Of a DNA stretch of 64,000 nucleotides, positions 49,906 through 63,603 are shown in pieces; the first letter of the stretch is position 1; each line of letters begins with the position of its first letter. Made by a program: the position numbers and the translations under genes. Under the pieces are notes generated by a model. The model did no database searches. It saw only the letters and a program-made list of their open reading frames with translations, and had not been told where the DNA came from. The stretch spans positions 14,329,903 to 14,393,902 of the forward strand of contig CM082577.2 in the NCBI GenBank assembly GCA_040954595.2, read 5' to 3'. The DNA is from Balanoglossus misakiensis. Lineage: Eukaryota; Animalia; Hemichordata.

Positions 49906-51048
49906 AGTCACGCTTGATCAATTTTTGTCTTTTACTGATATAGAAAACGTCAGCGGTCATTTATGCGAGGCGATACCTAGGTTCATATATGTCATTAGAC
50001 ATGACAAATTGCCAATGACTTCAAGATCAAACTGATTACAGAATAAAGGAGTTTAGTGCTTATGCTTTTTTTGTTGTCGATAACATCTTGATATTATTTG
50101 ACCTATAGGCCTACTCCTTTTCATTCCCCAAGAGGTGATCACGCCTAGTGCCAGGGATCGAGAGAAATGCCTTTATTTAAATGCAAATTTGGGATAAACA
50201 GTTGATAAGGACGTGATGAAGGGCAGAAATAGGGAATATGTGAATAGCTTCGCTGTGTTTACGTGTATATCCCCACGTAGTGCACTTTTAATACATTACT
50301 TTTATGCAACATCATAACTGCAATTGCATAAAGCCGTATTCTTTATGTCATCACGTATAACGTAGTATCGAAGTATAATGCATAATAATTACAAATACAA
50401 TTGAAATATCCTTAAGCGATAGTTTGTGGTGTGATACCTGTTGTTTTATGTCTAGAACCGGAAATAATAAATTATAAATTATAGGTGAATTTCTGGTGGG
50501 CTTCCTGTTGATGGTGCCCTCAATGACTTAGGCTAACATGGCGGCGTCTCTACAGTGTCACATCCTAGGACTATCAAACTGAAAACGGCCGATTGTGAAG
50601 TAGAAACTGACGTCGATCAGTCTTTCCGAGCACATCGTGTTTGGGCACATGATGGGCAAGGCTGTGCTTGTAAACGTGCGCAGTCGGCCGTTTTAAAATC
50701 TTCGGTCACAAAGGGTGGTTGCAGGCGCTGTCGGTAACAGCACTTACCCAACCACCTCAATGCAAATGATAAGGTCTCCTGTGTTCTTGTATTTATGTGT
50801 TAGGTTGTTTCGGTGTCACTGAACTACGCAATTAATACAAAAATGTGTTGTTAATTCATGACAAATAACAATGAGAACGAATGGGAGTACATTTGCATCA
50901 TGTACACTGTACAGATCATGTATTATGATTTCCATGGATCACAAAGAGAGTTGATGGTTCGTGTTATTCAAACTGGAAGAAGTACCTAAGTCTAGTAACT
51001 TATTGGGTTACGATCAAATTTGCAATTTGAAGCGTAAACGAAAACCTG

Positions 51049-51676
51049 GGGTGCGTTCCACGCACAAAGCGTTCGGTAACGTTCGGAAACGTTTTCATGT
51101 CGAACGATCTTTTGTCATTATTTTTCGCGAACGTTTAGTAACAATGGAAGGCGTAAGACAGAGGTGACTCGCGGTGAACAACTCATTAATTCAAAATGGC
51201 GGACATGTAAGCCGAAGTACGACTCGCAGGGCATATTTTCGAAGAAGTTGCAGAATATTTGTCGATTTAGGTAGTGATAGTTTTACCAAGCGAAAGCTTG
51301 TATTTTTCCACATCAATAAACCAATTCACATGAATTGTGCCGCTACTGTCTTGTGTAAAACGGTTTAAAAGTGGTATGCACTTCCGGAATCATGCCTTGT
51401 ATGCGCACCGGGACGTTCTTGCTGACGGCCGCTGCTGATACTAAATCAAAGGAGGATGTTCGGTTTAAGTTAGCAGCGGCTTGTTGGTTTGTATCCACAT
51501 CGTCAATGCCGACGCTATCGTCCATAAATTGTTGCACAAGTAGCAAACAGGCTTGTCGATTTATATATGCCGCCATTTTGCCTTTCACGCTCCCAATTGA
51601 CAAGCCTATCGTTCGACGAAGTACAAAACCGCCCTGCGCAATTATTCACAAAACGCTATGTGCGTCGAACGCACCC
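51049..51676. mobile_element. Non-autonomous PIF/Harbinger-type element (628 bp, 3-bp TSD CTG)
   Basis: CTG|GGGTGCGTTCCACGCACAAAGCGTT...AACGCTATGTGCGTCGAACGCACCC|CTG, a ~25-bp TIR with a CWG-type TSD. Confidence 0.8.
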
Positions 51677-52028
51677 CTGTTTCACTTTGAAACCTATTCT
51701 AAAATTTACGAGAGGCTACAATTCTCAGTGTTACCCACGATTAGAGGAAAGAGAGGTGAGCCTGCCCTCAATGCAAATAGCTCAACCATTGGTGTGGTAG
51801 CCTTGCTATTTGTGACAACTAACACATCAATCTCAACTGTGACCCTATCACAACTTTTGTAATGCGGGATAATGGTTTACATATAATTAATATTAATCAT
51901 TAGGGGGGGGGGCGGTAACATGACACTTTTAAATCGAAATAGATGAAAAGCCAGTTGTGACTAACCTCTAACAAGGAGGCAGTTGTTCATTTTTTCGGAA
52001 GAAAAAAACCGTCCGGAAAACAGATGAC

Positions 52029-55000
52029 ATGGAACAAGAATCTGTAAACGTACTTACATTGTCCTTAGCTGAAACCAGAAATCTCAAGGAAGGTATTAAT
52101 TTAACAGCTCCCTCAGAAAATGGATCGTTTGTGGTTTACAAGGGTGACGATGGTTACAAAGCTTGTCGAAATAAGTGCAAACACCAAGGGGGAACATTTG
52201 TCAAAGACATGGAAGATATTGATTCCAGGTAAGGTGAAAACGAAAGTGACTGACCCATTTTTCCGATCCTGTATCTGACCCTGTAAATTCAACACTGGCA
52301 CATCACTGTTCATACACCAGTGTTTCAGTCATGTGGGAATCGTTGCATACGTTCCTCTTACATTCACCAAGACTGTTAGTGGCGCTGATCAGACCATGGT
52401 ATAAGCAGGTACTTAAAGTCTGGCCGTGGTTTTCCAGCTGTGCAGGCACCTTTTGTCATTCTGTAAATTAGGCCACACTTACCGTATCCACCATGATTGC
52501 CGTACACCATCTCTGAAAGAATAAGCTCTTTCTGTACTGCAGTAACGTTTGCCAAGCTGTATCACAGTGAGCAAAACACTGACTTAGCGACTTTGGCATT
52601 TGACCTATCAATTACACTGTATCAAGTAAATAACTGTGAACTGGAAAAAAATACCTCACACACCCAAAGTGATATCACAACACCACATTTGGCCCTTACT
52701 ATCCTAATTCCCTCTTTAGAGGTCTTAATGGGGTTGGACTTAAAGGCGCAATTTTCAATCCCTGGTTCTCGCATTATTATGTGCTCCTCCTAGTCATACA
52801 TTAGGCTAGTTGCGATGTTTAACTTACTGTACGTTAGATACACACACGAATCGCAACAGTTTACCACCTTAGCTAATCCTATAAACAGATCTTACATTTG
52901 TGCTACCGGTAGTAGGCCTAGCCAGATAAACGAAAACGATCGTCCAGCCACCTAGCTACATATGAGCACTGTTGTTACAGAGAGCTCGATCGCTCTGACG
53001 GCTTCGACGCTCGATTCGGGGCTGTGTTATTTATATTGACTGTGCCTTCAACCGCGTGTGATTGGACTCGCCGACAGCAACACAGCCGTAACACGCGGCC
53101 GACCTGGCTAGCTAGTGACGGGTACAATTTCTCTACCCAACTTGAGAGAGGTTCCGCTGCCCGAAATATACGTAGATCAAACTTTAGCCCGCCGGTCATC
53201 GTTGTTGTCGTGGTGAAATATATCATTCTTTGTAATACAATGTACACTGTACAAATTCAAGAGCATTCCGACCCATTTTGTTGGCAACGTTTGCTTAATC
53301 GTTGATGCGTGACCATTTGCGACGAAATGCATGAATGCTCGCACAATCACATGGTTCAACTTGAAGTGAGTGACTCGAGGACAACGACACAGAAATCCCA
53401 TTTTCCGAAAACGAGGATAAAATCGGATTTTTGCATGGAAATACTCATTATCTATGTCAGCCCAAACTTAAATTACGAAATTCCTTTGAAAAAAACCCAT
53501 GATAGTCAAAGGGAAATTTTCAAATTGATTTTTCAATGGAAAAGTGCATAAGTGTTTCATTAAAAACCCTCATTATTATTTTTATTGAATAAAAAACTAA
53601 CTTTGAGCGATGCTAAATTTGATATGACTTTTTTCAACAGAAAAAATAGCGCACTTTAATTGTCAATGGGAAAGGAATCTGGTATAGCTTGAAATCCAAT
53701 TGGCAGGAAAACCGCAACGACTTAGAAATCCCTGCCAATTGGCAGGATTTTCGGGCTGTACTAGACTCCTGCCAATCGGCAAGATTTCCAGAGTGTACAA
53801 GACTCCCTGCCAATTGGCAGGATTTCCAGGCTGTACGAGACTCCCTGCCAATTGGCAGGATTTTCGGGCTGTACTAGACTCCTGCTAATTGGCAGGATTT
53901 CCAGGCTGTACAAGACTCCCTGCCAATTGGCAGGATTTCCAGGCTGTATAAGACTCCCTGCCAATTGGAAGGATTTTCAGGCTGTACTAGACTCCTGCCA
54001 ATCGGCAAGATTTCCAGGCTGTACAAGACTCCTGCCAATTGGCAGGATTTTCAGGCTGTACAAGACTACTGCCAATTGGCAAGATTTCCAGGCTGTATAA
54101 TACTCCCTGCCAATTGGCAGGATTTTCAGGCTGTACTAGACTCCTGCCAATCGGCAAGATTTCCAGGCTGACGTACCAGACTCCTGCTCATCGTCGCTAT
54201 CAAATTGCACAAGTGAGCGCGTATTTTCAAGCGCACGATCGCTGAGCACGACATATTCGTCACTTGAATCAAATTGCGTACTGGTTGATGAAAAAATTAC
54301 TGCCATTAATCGACATGCTGACGGGCGCAGAAGACGGCCCCGATACACGGCCGAACAACCTGGCAGTAGCCCTGACCTCGAACGCCGCGGGCCAGCTTAG
54401 GTTTATCTATTCTCTAATACTAATTTGAATAGTAAAGGTTAAGGGTTATAAGATATATCCAGGCACAAAGGTGGCGCCCCGCGCGGCTAAGGTGTGAATC
54501 GCCAAACATATCTATGGAACTATAAAAATCTCCGGATTGTCGGAAATTTCTATTGTTTCTGTGGACAGCGACGGTTTTCTCAACGATGCGATTCAAACCC
54601 GGGTGTGAGCAGAGTGCCCAGCGCAAACTGTCGACGTCCAACGTTATAACATTGCTATCTTGTGGAAGAAGACCGGTGCACTTTAAGTCAATAAACAAGA
54701 ATCGAAGAAAACTTCCAGGCTGATCAACAATTAGCGCAAGGGTGAACCGTTCTGGCCATTGAAAACGTGTAAAGCTTAAGGGTGCGATTCAAACCCGGGT
54801 GTGAGCAGAGTGCCCAGCGCAAACTGTCGACGTCCAACGTTATAACGTTGCTATCTTGTGGAAGAAGACCGGTGCACTTTAAGTCAATAAACAAGAATCG
54901 AAGAAAACTTCCAGGCTGATCAACAAGCGTATTATTATTATGATGTATTATTTTTAAGTGCAATAAAACTCTGATTTTCTATAGAAATATTCTGTCCAAA

Positions 55001-58000
55001 AAGCCATTCAAGTTGTGCATTACTTCCGTCGTCCGATCTTTGTATCTTGCCCTGGTTACCGTATGTCGGACATCGGTGGGCATAATCACCGTGAACATCA
55101 AACACTTCTTTTCGGGAAGACGAGTCAAACTACTATTTTCAGGCCCAAAGAATCTTTGGTCAGAGAATCCTGTGAAATTGTATGACAAACGTTTTTTTTT
55201 CGTGTTAGTAGTAGTAGTAGTAGTAGTAGTAGAAAAGGTTTGCATTTTTACGTCGATTTGATCAAGTCGTGTATTTTACAGCCATGACCTCGAAAAGTGA
55301 GCAGTCAATTGCACATCTACGATCTCGTGAAAACACATTCCAGTTTACAGATAAGGAGATAGCAGGGCAATTAGCAGTGTTTACTGCTTATACAGAATCA
55401 ACACAGATGGAGATTACGTAAATGTGCGTCCGATTAGCGCCTCAGTATACACAAGCGTTTGATTGACAGCGCGTTTGAATTCTCAACGGCTGAAGTTGTG
55501 GGCTCGACTCGCCACCGTCGACGCCAAAAAATGCTGAAAATCGCCCCTGATTTGCGTCTGTCTGGGGAATTTACGCCATAAATCGGTAGGAGACATATTC
55601 ATGATAGAATTTGTATGCATTGTGAAGTATTTTGCGGTCGAAAACTTCGGAAAATCATGCATTCTCGGGAGCGTGTGTCCGCTGTTCACCCTTCAGAGTC
55701 AATTTACACAATGAACGCCGCCATTGGGCTACCCCTTTATATAGGGACGTTCCGACGGCGAAGGGTGAAGTGTGCGAAAACATGCCAACACTAGTCCACA
55801 ATAAGAAACAATCTCAATTCAGTGTGGACTGAGTCACTCGTTGTGACCTGTTGAGTAAATTTCCTTAATCAATTTTATGCGTGAATCGACCGATCATTTT
55901 TTATCTAATAATTACTTTTGTATAATCTTATAAGTGGTAATTCTGTCTCTGAATCGGTATTAATTCCCTGTGTGCATGCTGCCATAGTCAGCTCAGTGTA
56001 CCCATCAACTCGAATTTCAATATTAATTAAAACATAACAATCAGTTTGTTATAAACTATTTTGCCAATCTTGTTTAGAATACCTGAGTGTGTTTCCTAAA
56101 GCTCTGGTAGTCAGTTCAGTGTTTCGAGTGAGCATCTCTTTGAGGTTTTTACTTGCACTGAAAACCACCAGAAACATGCTATATGTCGACTTCTACAGTA
56201 ACAGGATTTTAACCCAGACCTGCTGCCCCAATTCATACTGCACGTGCACAGATCAAAGATCATGACTCCTCTATTAATTGGGATTATACTCGTTGTTGTC
56301 GTGGTGAAATATATCATTCTTTGTAATACAATGTACACTGTACAAATTCAATAGCATTCCGACCCATTTTGTTGGCACCGTTTGCTTAATCGTTGATGCG
56401 TGACCATTTGCGACGAAATGCATGAATGCTCGCACATTCACATGGTTCAGCTTGAAGTGAGTGACTCGAGGACAACGACACAGAAATCCCATTTTCCGAA
56501 AACGAAGATAAAATCGGATTTTTGCATGGAAATACTCATTATCTATGTCAGCCCAAACTTAAATTACGAAATTCCTTTGAAAAAAACCCCATGATAGTCA
56601 AAGGGAAATTTTCAAATTGATTTTTCAATGGAAAAGTGCATAAGTGTTTCATTAAAAACCCTCATTATTATTTTTATTGAATAAAAAACTAACTTTGAGC
56701 CGTGCTAAATTTGATATGACTTTTTTCAACAGAAAAAATAGCGCACTTTAATTGTCAATGGGAAAGGAATCTGGTATAGCTTGAAATCCAATTGGCAGGA
56801 AAACCGCAACGACTTAGAAATCCCTGCCAATTGGCAGGATTTTCGGGCTGTACTAGACTCCTGCCAATCGGCAGGATTTCCAGGCTGTACAAGACTCCTG
56901 CCAATCGGCAAGATTTCCAGGCTGTACAAGACTCCCTGCCAATTGGCAGGATTTCCAGGCTGTACAAGACTCCCTGCCAATTGGCAGGATTTTCAGGCTG
57001 TACAAGACTACTGCCAATCGGCAAGATTTCCAGGCTGTACAAGACTCCTGCCAATCGGCAAGATTTCCAGGCTGTACAAGACTCCTGCCAATCGGCAAGA
57101 TTTCCAGGCTGTATAAGACTCCCTGCCAATTGGCAGGATTTTCAGGCTGTACTAGACTCCTGCCAATCGGCAAGATTTCCAGGCTGACGTACCAGACTCC
57201 TGCTCATCGTCGCTATCAAATTGCACAAGTGAGCGCGTATTTTCAAGCGCACGATCGCTGAGCACGACATATTCGTCACTTGAATCAAATTGCGTACTGG
57301 TTGATGAAAAAATTACTGCCATTAATCGACATGCTGACGGGCGCAGAAGACGGCCCCGATACACGGCCGAACAACCTGGCAGTAGCCCTGACCTCGAACG
57401 CCGCGGGCCAGCTTAGGTTTTAGTTAGTTTTGGCACAGTCACTTGGTAGATTCCATTCAATTGAAGGGTTTCCTGATTGAAAGCACCGGTCAAGTAGGCG
57501 AAGTAATTGGACTTTTACCAGCTAGAAATACTAGAAAGTAGTCATACTGAAAAATTATAACCCATGTAAGATTTCAGTAACATATATCCGTCAGTTCGTA
57601 TTTTTTACTGAAAACATACTCAATCATTGAAGTGCCTTTCCCAAGGTTGGCCCAACCTACACATAATGGTTTATCTATTCTCTAATACTAATTTGAATAG
57701 TAAAGGTTAAGGGTTATAAGATATATCCAGGCACAAAGGTGGCGCCCCGCGCGGCTAAGGTGTGAATCGCCAAACATATCTATGGAACTATAAATATCTC
57801 CGGATTGTCGGAAATTTCTATTGTTTCTGGTTGGGACAACGATGCGATTCAAACCCGGGTGTGAGCAGAGTGCCCAGCGCAAACTGTCGACGTCCAACGT
57901 TATAACGTTGCTATCTTGTGGAAGAAGACCGGTGCACTTTAAGTCAATAAACAAGAATCGAAGAAAACTTCCAGGCTGATCAACAAGCGTATTATTATTA

Positions 58001-61000
58001 TGATGTATTATTTTTAAGTGCAATAAAACTCTGATTTTCTATAGAAATATTCTGTCCAAAAAGCCATTCAAGTTGTGCATTACTTCCGTCGTCCGATCTT
58101 TGTATCTTGCCCTGGTTACCGTATGTCGGACATCGGTGGGCATAATCACCGTGAACATCAAACACTTCTTTTCGGGAAGACGAGTCAAACTACTATTTTC
58201 AGGCCCAAAGAATCTTTGGTCAGAGAATCCTGTGAAATTGTATGACAAACGTTTTTTTTTCGTGTTAGTAGTAGTAGTAGTAGTAGTAGTAGAAAAGGTT
58301 TGCATTTTTACGTCGATTTGATCAAGTCGTGTATTTTACAGCCATGACCTCGAAAAGTGAGCAGTCAATTGCACATCTACGATCTCGTGAAAACACATTC
58401 CAGTTTACAGATAAGGAGATAGCAGGGCAATTAGCAGTGTTTACTGCTTATACAGAATCAACACAGATGGAGATTACGTAAATGTGCGTCCGATTAGCGC
58501 CTCAGTATACACAAGCGTTTGATTGACAGCGCGTTTGAATTCTCAACGGCTGAAGTTGTGGGCTCGACTCGCCACCGTCGACGCCAAAAAATGCTGAAAA
58601 TCGCCCCTGATTTGCGTCTGTCTGGGGAATTTACGCCATAAATCGGTAGGAGACATATTCATGATAGAATTTGTATGCATTGTGAAGTATTTTGCGGTCG
58701 AAAACTTCGGAAAATCATGCATTCTCGGGAGCGTGTGTCCGCTGTTCACCCTTCAGAGTCAATTTACACAATGAACGCCGCCATTGGGCTACCCCTTTAT
58801 ATAGGGACGTTCCGACGGCGAAGGGTGAAGTGTGCGAAAACATGCCAACACTAGTCCACAATAAGAAACAATCTCAATTCAGTGTGGACTGAGTCACTCG
58901 TTGTGACCTGTTGAGTAAATTTCCTTAATCAATTTTATGCGTGAATCGACCGATCATTTTTTATCTAATAATTACTTTTGTATAATCTTATAAGTGGTAA
59001 TTCTGTCTCTGAATCGGTATTAATTCCCTGTGTGCATGCTGCCATAGTCAGCTCAGTGTACCCATCAACTCGAATTTCAATATTAATTAAAACATAACAA
59101 TCAGTTTGTTATAAACTATTTTGCCAATCTTGTTTAGAATACCTGAGTGTGTTTCCTAAAGCTCTGGTAGTCAGTTCAGTGTTTCGAGTGAGCATCTCTT
59201 TGAGGTTTTTACTTGCACTGAAAACCACCAGAAACATGCTATATGTCGACTTCTACAGTAACAGGATTTTAACCCAGACCTGCTGCCCCAATTCATACTG
59301 CACGTGCACAGATCAAAGATCATGACTCCTCTATTAATTGGGATTATACTCGTTGTTGTCGTGGTGAAATATATCATTCTTTGTAATACAATGTACACTG
59401 TACAAATTCAATAGCATTCCGACCCATTTTGTTGGCACCGTTTGCTTAATCGTTGATGCGTGACCATTTGCGACGAAATGCATGAATGCTCGCACATTCA
59501 CATGGTTCAGCTTGAAGTGAGTGACTCGAGGACAACGACACAGAAATCCCATTTTCCGAAAACGAAGATAAAATCGGATTTTTGCATGGAAATACTCATT
59601 ATCTATGTCAGCCCAAACTTAAATTACGAAATTCCTTTGAAAAAAACCCCATGATAGTCAAAGGGAAATTTTCAAATTGATTTTTCAATGGAAAAGTGCA
59701 TAAGTGTTTCATTAAAAACCCTCATTATTATTTTTATTGAATAAAAAACTAACTTTGAGCCGTGCTAAATTTGATATGACTTTTTTCAACAGAAAAAATA
59801 GCGCACTTTAATTGTCAATGGGAAAGGAATCTGGTATAGCTTGAAATCCAATTGGCAGGAAAACCGCAACGACTTAGAAATCCCTGCCAATTGGCAGGAT
59901 TTTCGGGCTGTACTAGACTCCTGCCAATCGGCAGGATTTCCAGGCTGTACAAGACTCCTGCCAATCGGCAAGATTTCCAGGCTGTACAAGACTCCCTGCC
60001 AATTGGCAGGATTTCCAGGCTGTACAAGACTCCCTGCCAATTGGCAGGATTTTCAGGCTGTACAAGACTACTGCCAATCGGCAAGATTTCCAGGCTGTAC
60101 AAGACTCCTGCCAATCGGCAAGATTTCCAGGCTGTACAAGACTCCTGCCAATCGGCAAGATTTCCAGGCTGTATAAGACTCCCTGCCAATTGGCAGGATT
60201 TTCAGGCTGTACAAGACTCCTGCCAATCGGCAAGATTTCCAGGCTGTACAAGACTCCTGCCAATCGGCAAGATTTCCAGGCTGTACAAGACTCCTGCCAA
60301 TCGGCAAGATTTCCAGGCTGTATAATACTCCCTGCCAATTGGCAGGATTTTCAGGCTGTACTAGACTCCTGCCAATCGGCAAGATTTCCAGGCTGACGTA
60401 CCAGACTCCTGCTCATCGTCGCTATCAAATTGCACAAGTGAGCGCGTATTTTCAAGCGCACGATCGCTGAGCACGACATATTCGTCACTTGAATCAAATT
60501 GCGTACTGGTTGATGAAAAAATTACTGCCATTAATCGACATGCTGACGGGCGCAGAAGACGGCCCCGATACACGGCCGAACAACCTGGCAGTAGCCCTGA
60601 CCTCGAACGCCGCGGGCCAGCTTAGGTTTATCTATTCTCTAATACTAATTTGAATAGTAAAGGTTAAGGGTTATAAGATATATCCAGGCACAAAGGTGGC
60701 GCCCCGCGCGGCTAAGGTGTGAATCGCCAAACATATCTATGGAACTATAAAAATCTCCGGATTGTCGGAAATTTCTATTGTTTCTGTGGACAGCGACGGT
60801 TTTCTCAACGATGCGATTCAAACCCGGGTGTGAGCAGAGTGCCCAGCGCAAACTGTCGACGTCCAACGTTATAACATTGCTATCTTGTGGAAGAAGACCG
60901 GTGCACTTTAAGTCAATAAACAAGAATCGAAGAAAACTTCCAGGCTGATCAACAATTAGCGCAAGGGTGAACCGTTCTGGCCATTGAAAACGTGTAAAGC

Positions 61001-63603
61001 TTAAGGGTGCGATTCAAACCCGGGTGTGAGCAGAGTGCCCAGCGCAAACTGTCGACGTCCAACGTTATAACGTTGCTATCTTGTGGAAGAAGACCGGTGC
61101 ACTTTAAGTCAATAAACAAGAATCGAAGAAAACTTCCAGGCTGATCAACAAGCGTATTATTATTATGATGTATTATTTTTAAGTGCAATAAAACTCTGAT
61201 TTTCTATAGAAATATTCTGTCCAAAAAGCCATTCTTTATGTGTTTGTATATTTCCAAGAAAAAACTTGTCTCATTAACATTTGTTGCTACAAGTTATGAA
61301 CAAATGCTAAAAAAATAAGTATTTGTCCAAGGATAAAAGCAAGTTTAAGTTGTGCGTATTTTTTTCTGAGGAAAATTAAAAGTCTGACAAGGCAATTCCG
61401 GGAAATTATTCCAAATATATGTTTTTCCTAAATGTTAACCAAAGACACAAATTCCAGTGTTTTCCTGATTCTTGAATAAAATTAAGAAAAAAAGTCAGTT
61501 TAAAGTTATATTTTTTAGCTTTTTAATTTTAGGTTGATAATATACAAGAATCAATGTAATTTATTAAGGATTTTTAGCTATTTTGTCAAAAAAAATCTCA
61601 AAAAACCTTGTTTTTCGGAAATTGGGATTTCTATGTCGTTGTGTAAATCTTTGTATTTGCCTCGGCAGCGTCCTGAGATGTACAAAACATGGATGGAAAC
61701 TGGATTGTTCCAATATGCGTTACGTGAATCCACCTGACAGCTTTAAACAGGAAGAATTGGGTAATCAGATTTCTGACACCTACTTTACATTCAAACCATG
61801 CGAGTATTCGGATTACATGTACGACAAATGAGGAGTGTCCATAGAGCCCGATGCATGTATTATCGAGGCGTCCATCAACATGCAGTTTCAAAGGAACAGT
61901 TCGCGTAACTCACTTTATTTATATTCATTCAGTGATGGCAAACATTGATTTTAAGTGCTTTAATTTCTTTGTAAGTTCCGGAGATCGGTGAAGATGGGAG
62001 CCTTTCTTTGATAGAACTTAAACCACCGCAACCCTGGCAACATGATGCGAGGGATCCCCAACCACTGGAACCAAGTGAAGTAGAAGTAAGTATCGTCATG
62101 TATGTAAATTCTGCTGTACTGTCTATCCACGGTCACTCCACCACACCATGTGGTCTATCCCAAACCTCCATTGATTTCACCCCCACCCCCCCCACCCCCC
62201 TGCTTTAACGAAAATATGGAGGATTTGAGATTTGAAGTTTGAACTACCATGGGTAAAACCAGGGCCGAGCGCCCCCTCCGTCAGAGCAAGCGTATTCTGT
62301 GCCTGTGAAAGTACTGCCGCATGATCACAGTCGCATGTGGGCTCCAATTTCTAGTCAAATCATGCATGCGTGTATTGTATTTTAGGGGTAAAATACGCGC
62401 ATAACTCAGAGGTGACTTGAGCTAACTCGGAATAGGAGCTCATCACATATGCGACTGTGTACAACATTCACCGCACCACGCGTGAAAATAATCTATGTGC
62501 GTCGTAGATCGTGACCAGAGGTCACGGAGTCTATCATACGTCATATGTTGCCTTAGATTTGACGAAAATCGAAGTTTCGATCACAGTCTGTGTTTCGATT
62601 GTGGTGTCATGATTTGCACTTTGCAGTGAGTGATGCGGCAGGGATGACGCACCCCAGAGACGGTCATTCATTGGCCAAATTACGCAGCTTTTGATATGCA
62701 AAAAAGGTCATGTTGGGTCAGTTCATCAGTGGTTTAGCTCAGAGTTTGCAAGTTCACATCGTCAATGTTCGAGAACACTACCGACAGCAAGAGATCTTCG
62801 TAAATGTTTCGCTGTCCAAATATACTGACAACTAAATCTGATTGGTTAGTATTTCTACATGAAACATGGGATAATATCTATTCTTTCCGCCAATGTTGAT
62901 ATGATTGGTTGATTCTAATTTCATATCCATGAAACGATCGTATTGCAATCTATTTCCAATTACGAAATACGCTAATAAAATAATAGACTGCAAAAATTGA
63001 AGGAATATTTTCCTAGCACGTTATTCTCCCTCCTTTTTCAGATAACTTACTTTACCCACGCCTGCTTGGAGATGAAATTCGGTGATTTTCGTATGTTTAC
63101 GGATCCTTGGTTAACTGGACCAAGCTTTGCACGTGGTTGGTGGCTGGTACATGAACCTCCCCCTGATTGGTTGGAGAGACTAGCAAAGGCGGATCTAATT
63201 TACATCAGTCATTTGCATTCCGACCATCTGAGGTATCAGCTTTTCAATCACGGTTATCTTTCACTTGCCTGTAACACTACTACATCACGATGAGATGATG
63301 AAATTGGCATGATATGTTCACGGTTACTACGATTAGGATATGGTATTGAGTTTGTGCAGATGAAAATGATTTGTAGTCTTCTATGATTTTTGAGAATACT
63401 CTACATCTTGTCTACAACGTGATTTAAACATTTCTATCATCAAATTTTGATACAGCTATCCTACATTGGAATTGCTTCAGAAGAAAAATCAAAATATACC
63501 GATTTATGTTGGCAAAACGTCGACGCCCGTTTTCTGCAAAATGGAACATCACAATGTCCAAATGAACAACATCAAAGTTTTGCCTTTTGGAGTTTGGAAA
63601 GAG
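52029..63603 (+). CDS. CMAH: CMP-N-acetylneuraminate monooxygenase (CMP-Neu5Ac hydroxylase), 5' part; exons 52029-52228, 61669-61760, 61976-62085, 63042-63232, 63456-63603; continues beyond the window
   Basis: Rieske ligands CRNKCKHQGGTF and RCTKHGWKLD, YVNPPDSF, and the highly conserved ITYFTHAC..DPWLTGPSFARGWWLVHEPPPDWLERL..ADLIYISHLHSDHLSYPTL. Confidence 0.95.
53200..61233. repeat. ~3.06-3.09 kb tandem macro-repeat, about 2.6 copies (starts ~53200, 56291, 59351), in CMAH intron 1
   Basis: Identical ORF translations recur at +3060 (for example 56111/59171 and 54979/58039), and the sequences align almost exactly. Confidence 0.95.
53731..54169. repeat. 37-38 bp minisatellite with palindromic core CTGCCAATTGGCAG (also ~56822-57186 and ~59882-60395; copy number varies)
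   Basis: Unit CTGCCAAT(T/C)GGCA(G/A)GATTT(C/T)CAGGCTGTACAAGACTCC repeated about 10-14 times per macro-unit. Confidence 0.9.

Noticed and set aside
54420-55832. Short minus-strand ORFs in the macro-repeat as possible viral or transposon gene remnants
   Set aside because: I could not recognise any motif, and their recurrence is explained by the duplication alone.
53663-60396. Many overlapping ORFs (PANWQDFQAV, LPIGRISRLYK) and palindromic repeats
   Set aside because: They are translations of a 37-38 bp minisatellite in all frames. They are neither CRISPR nor supportable as protein.
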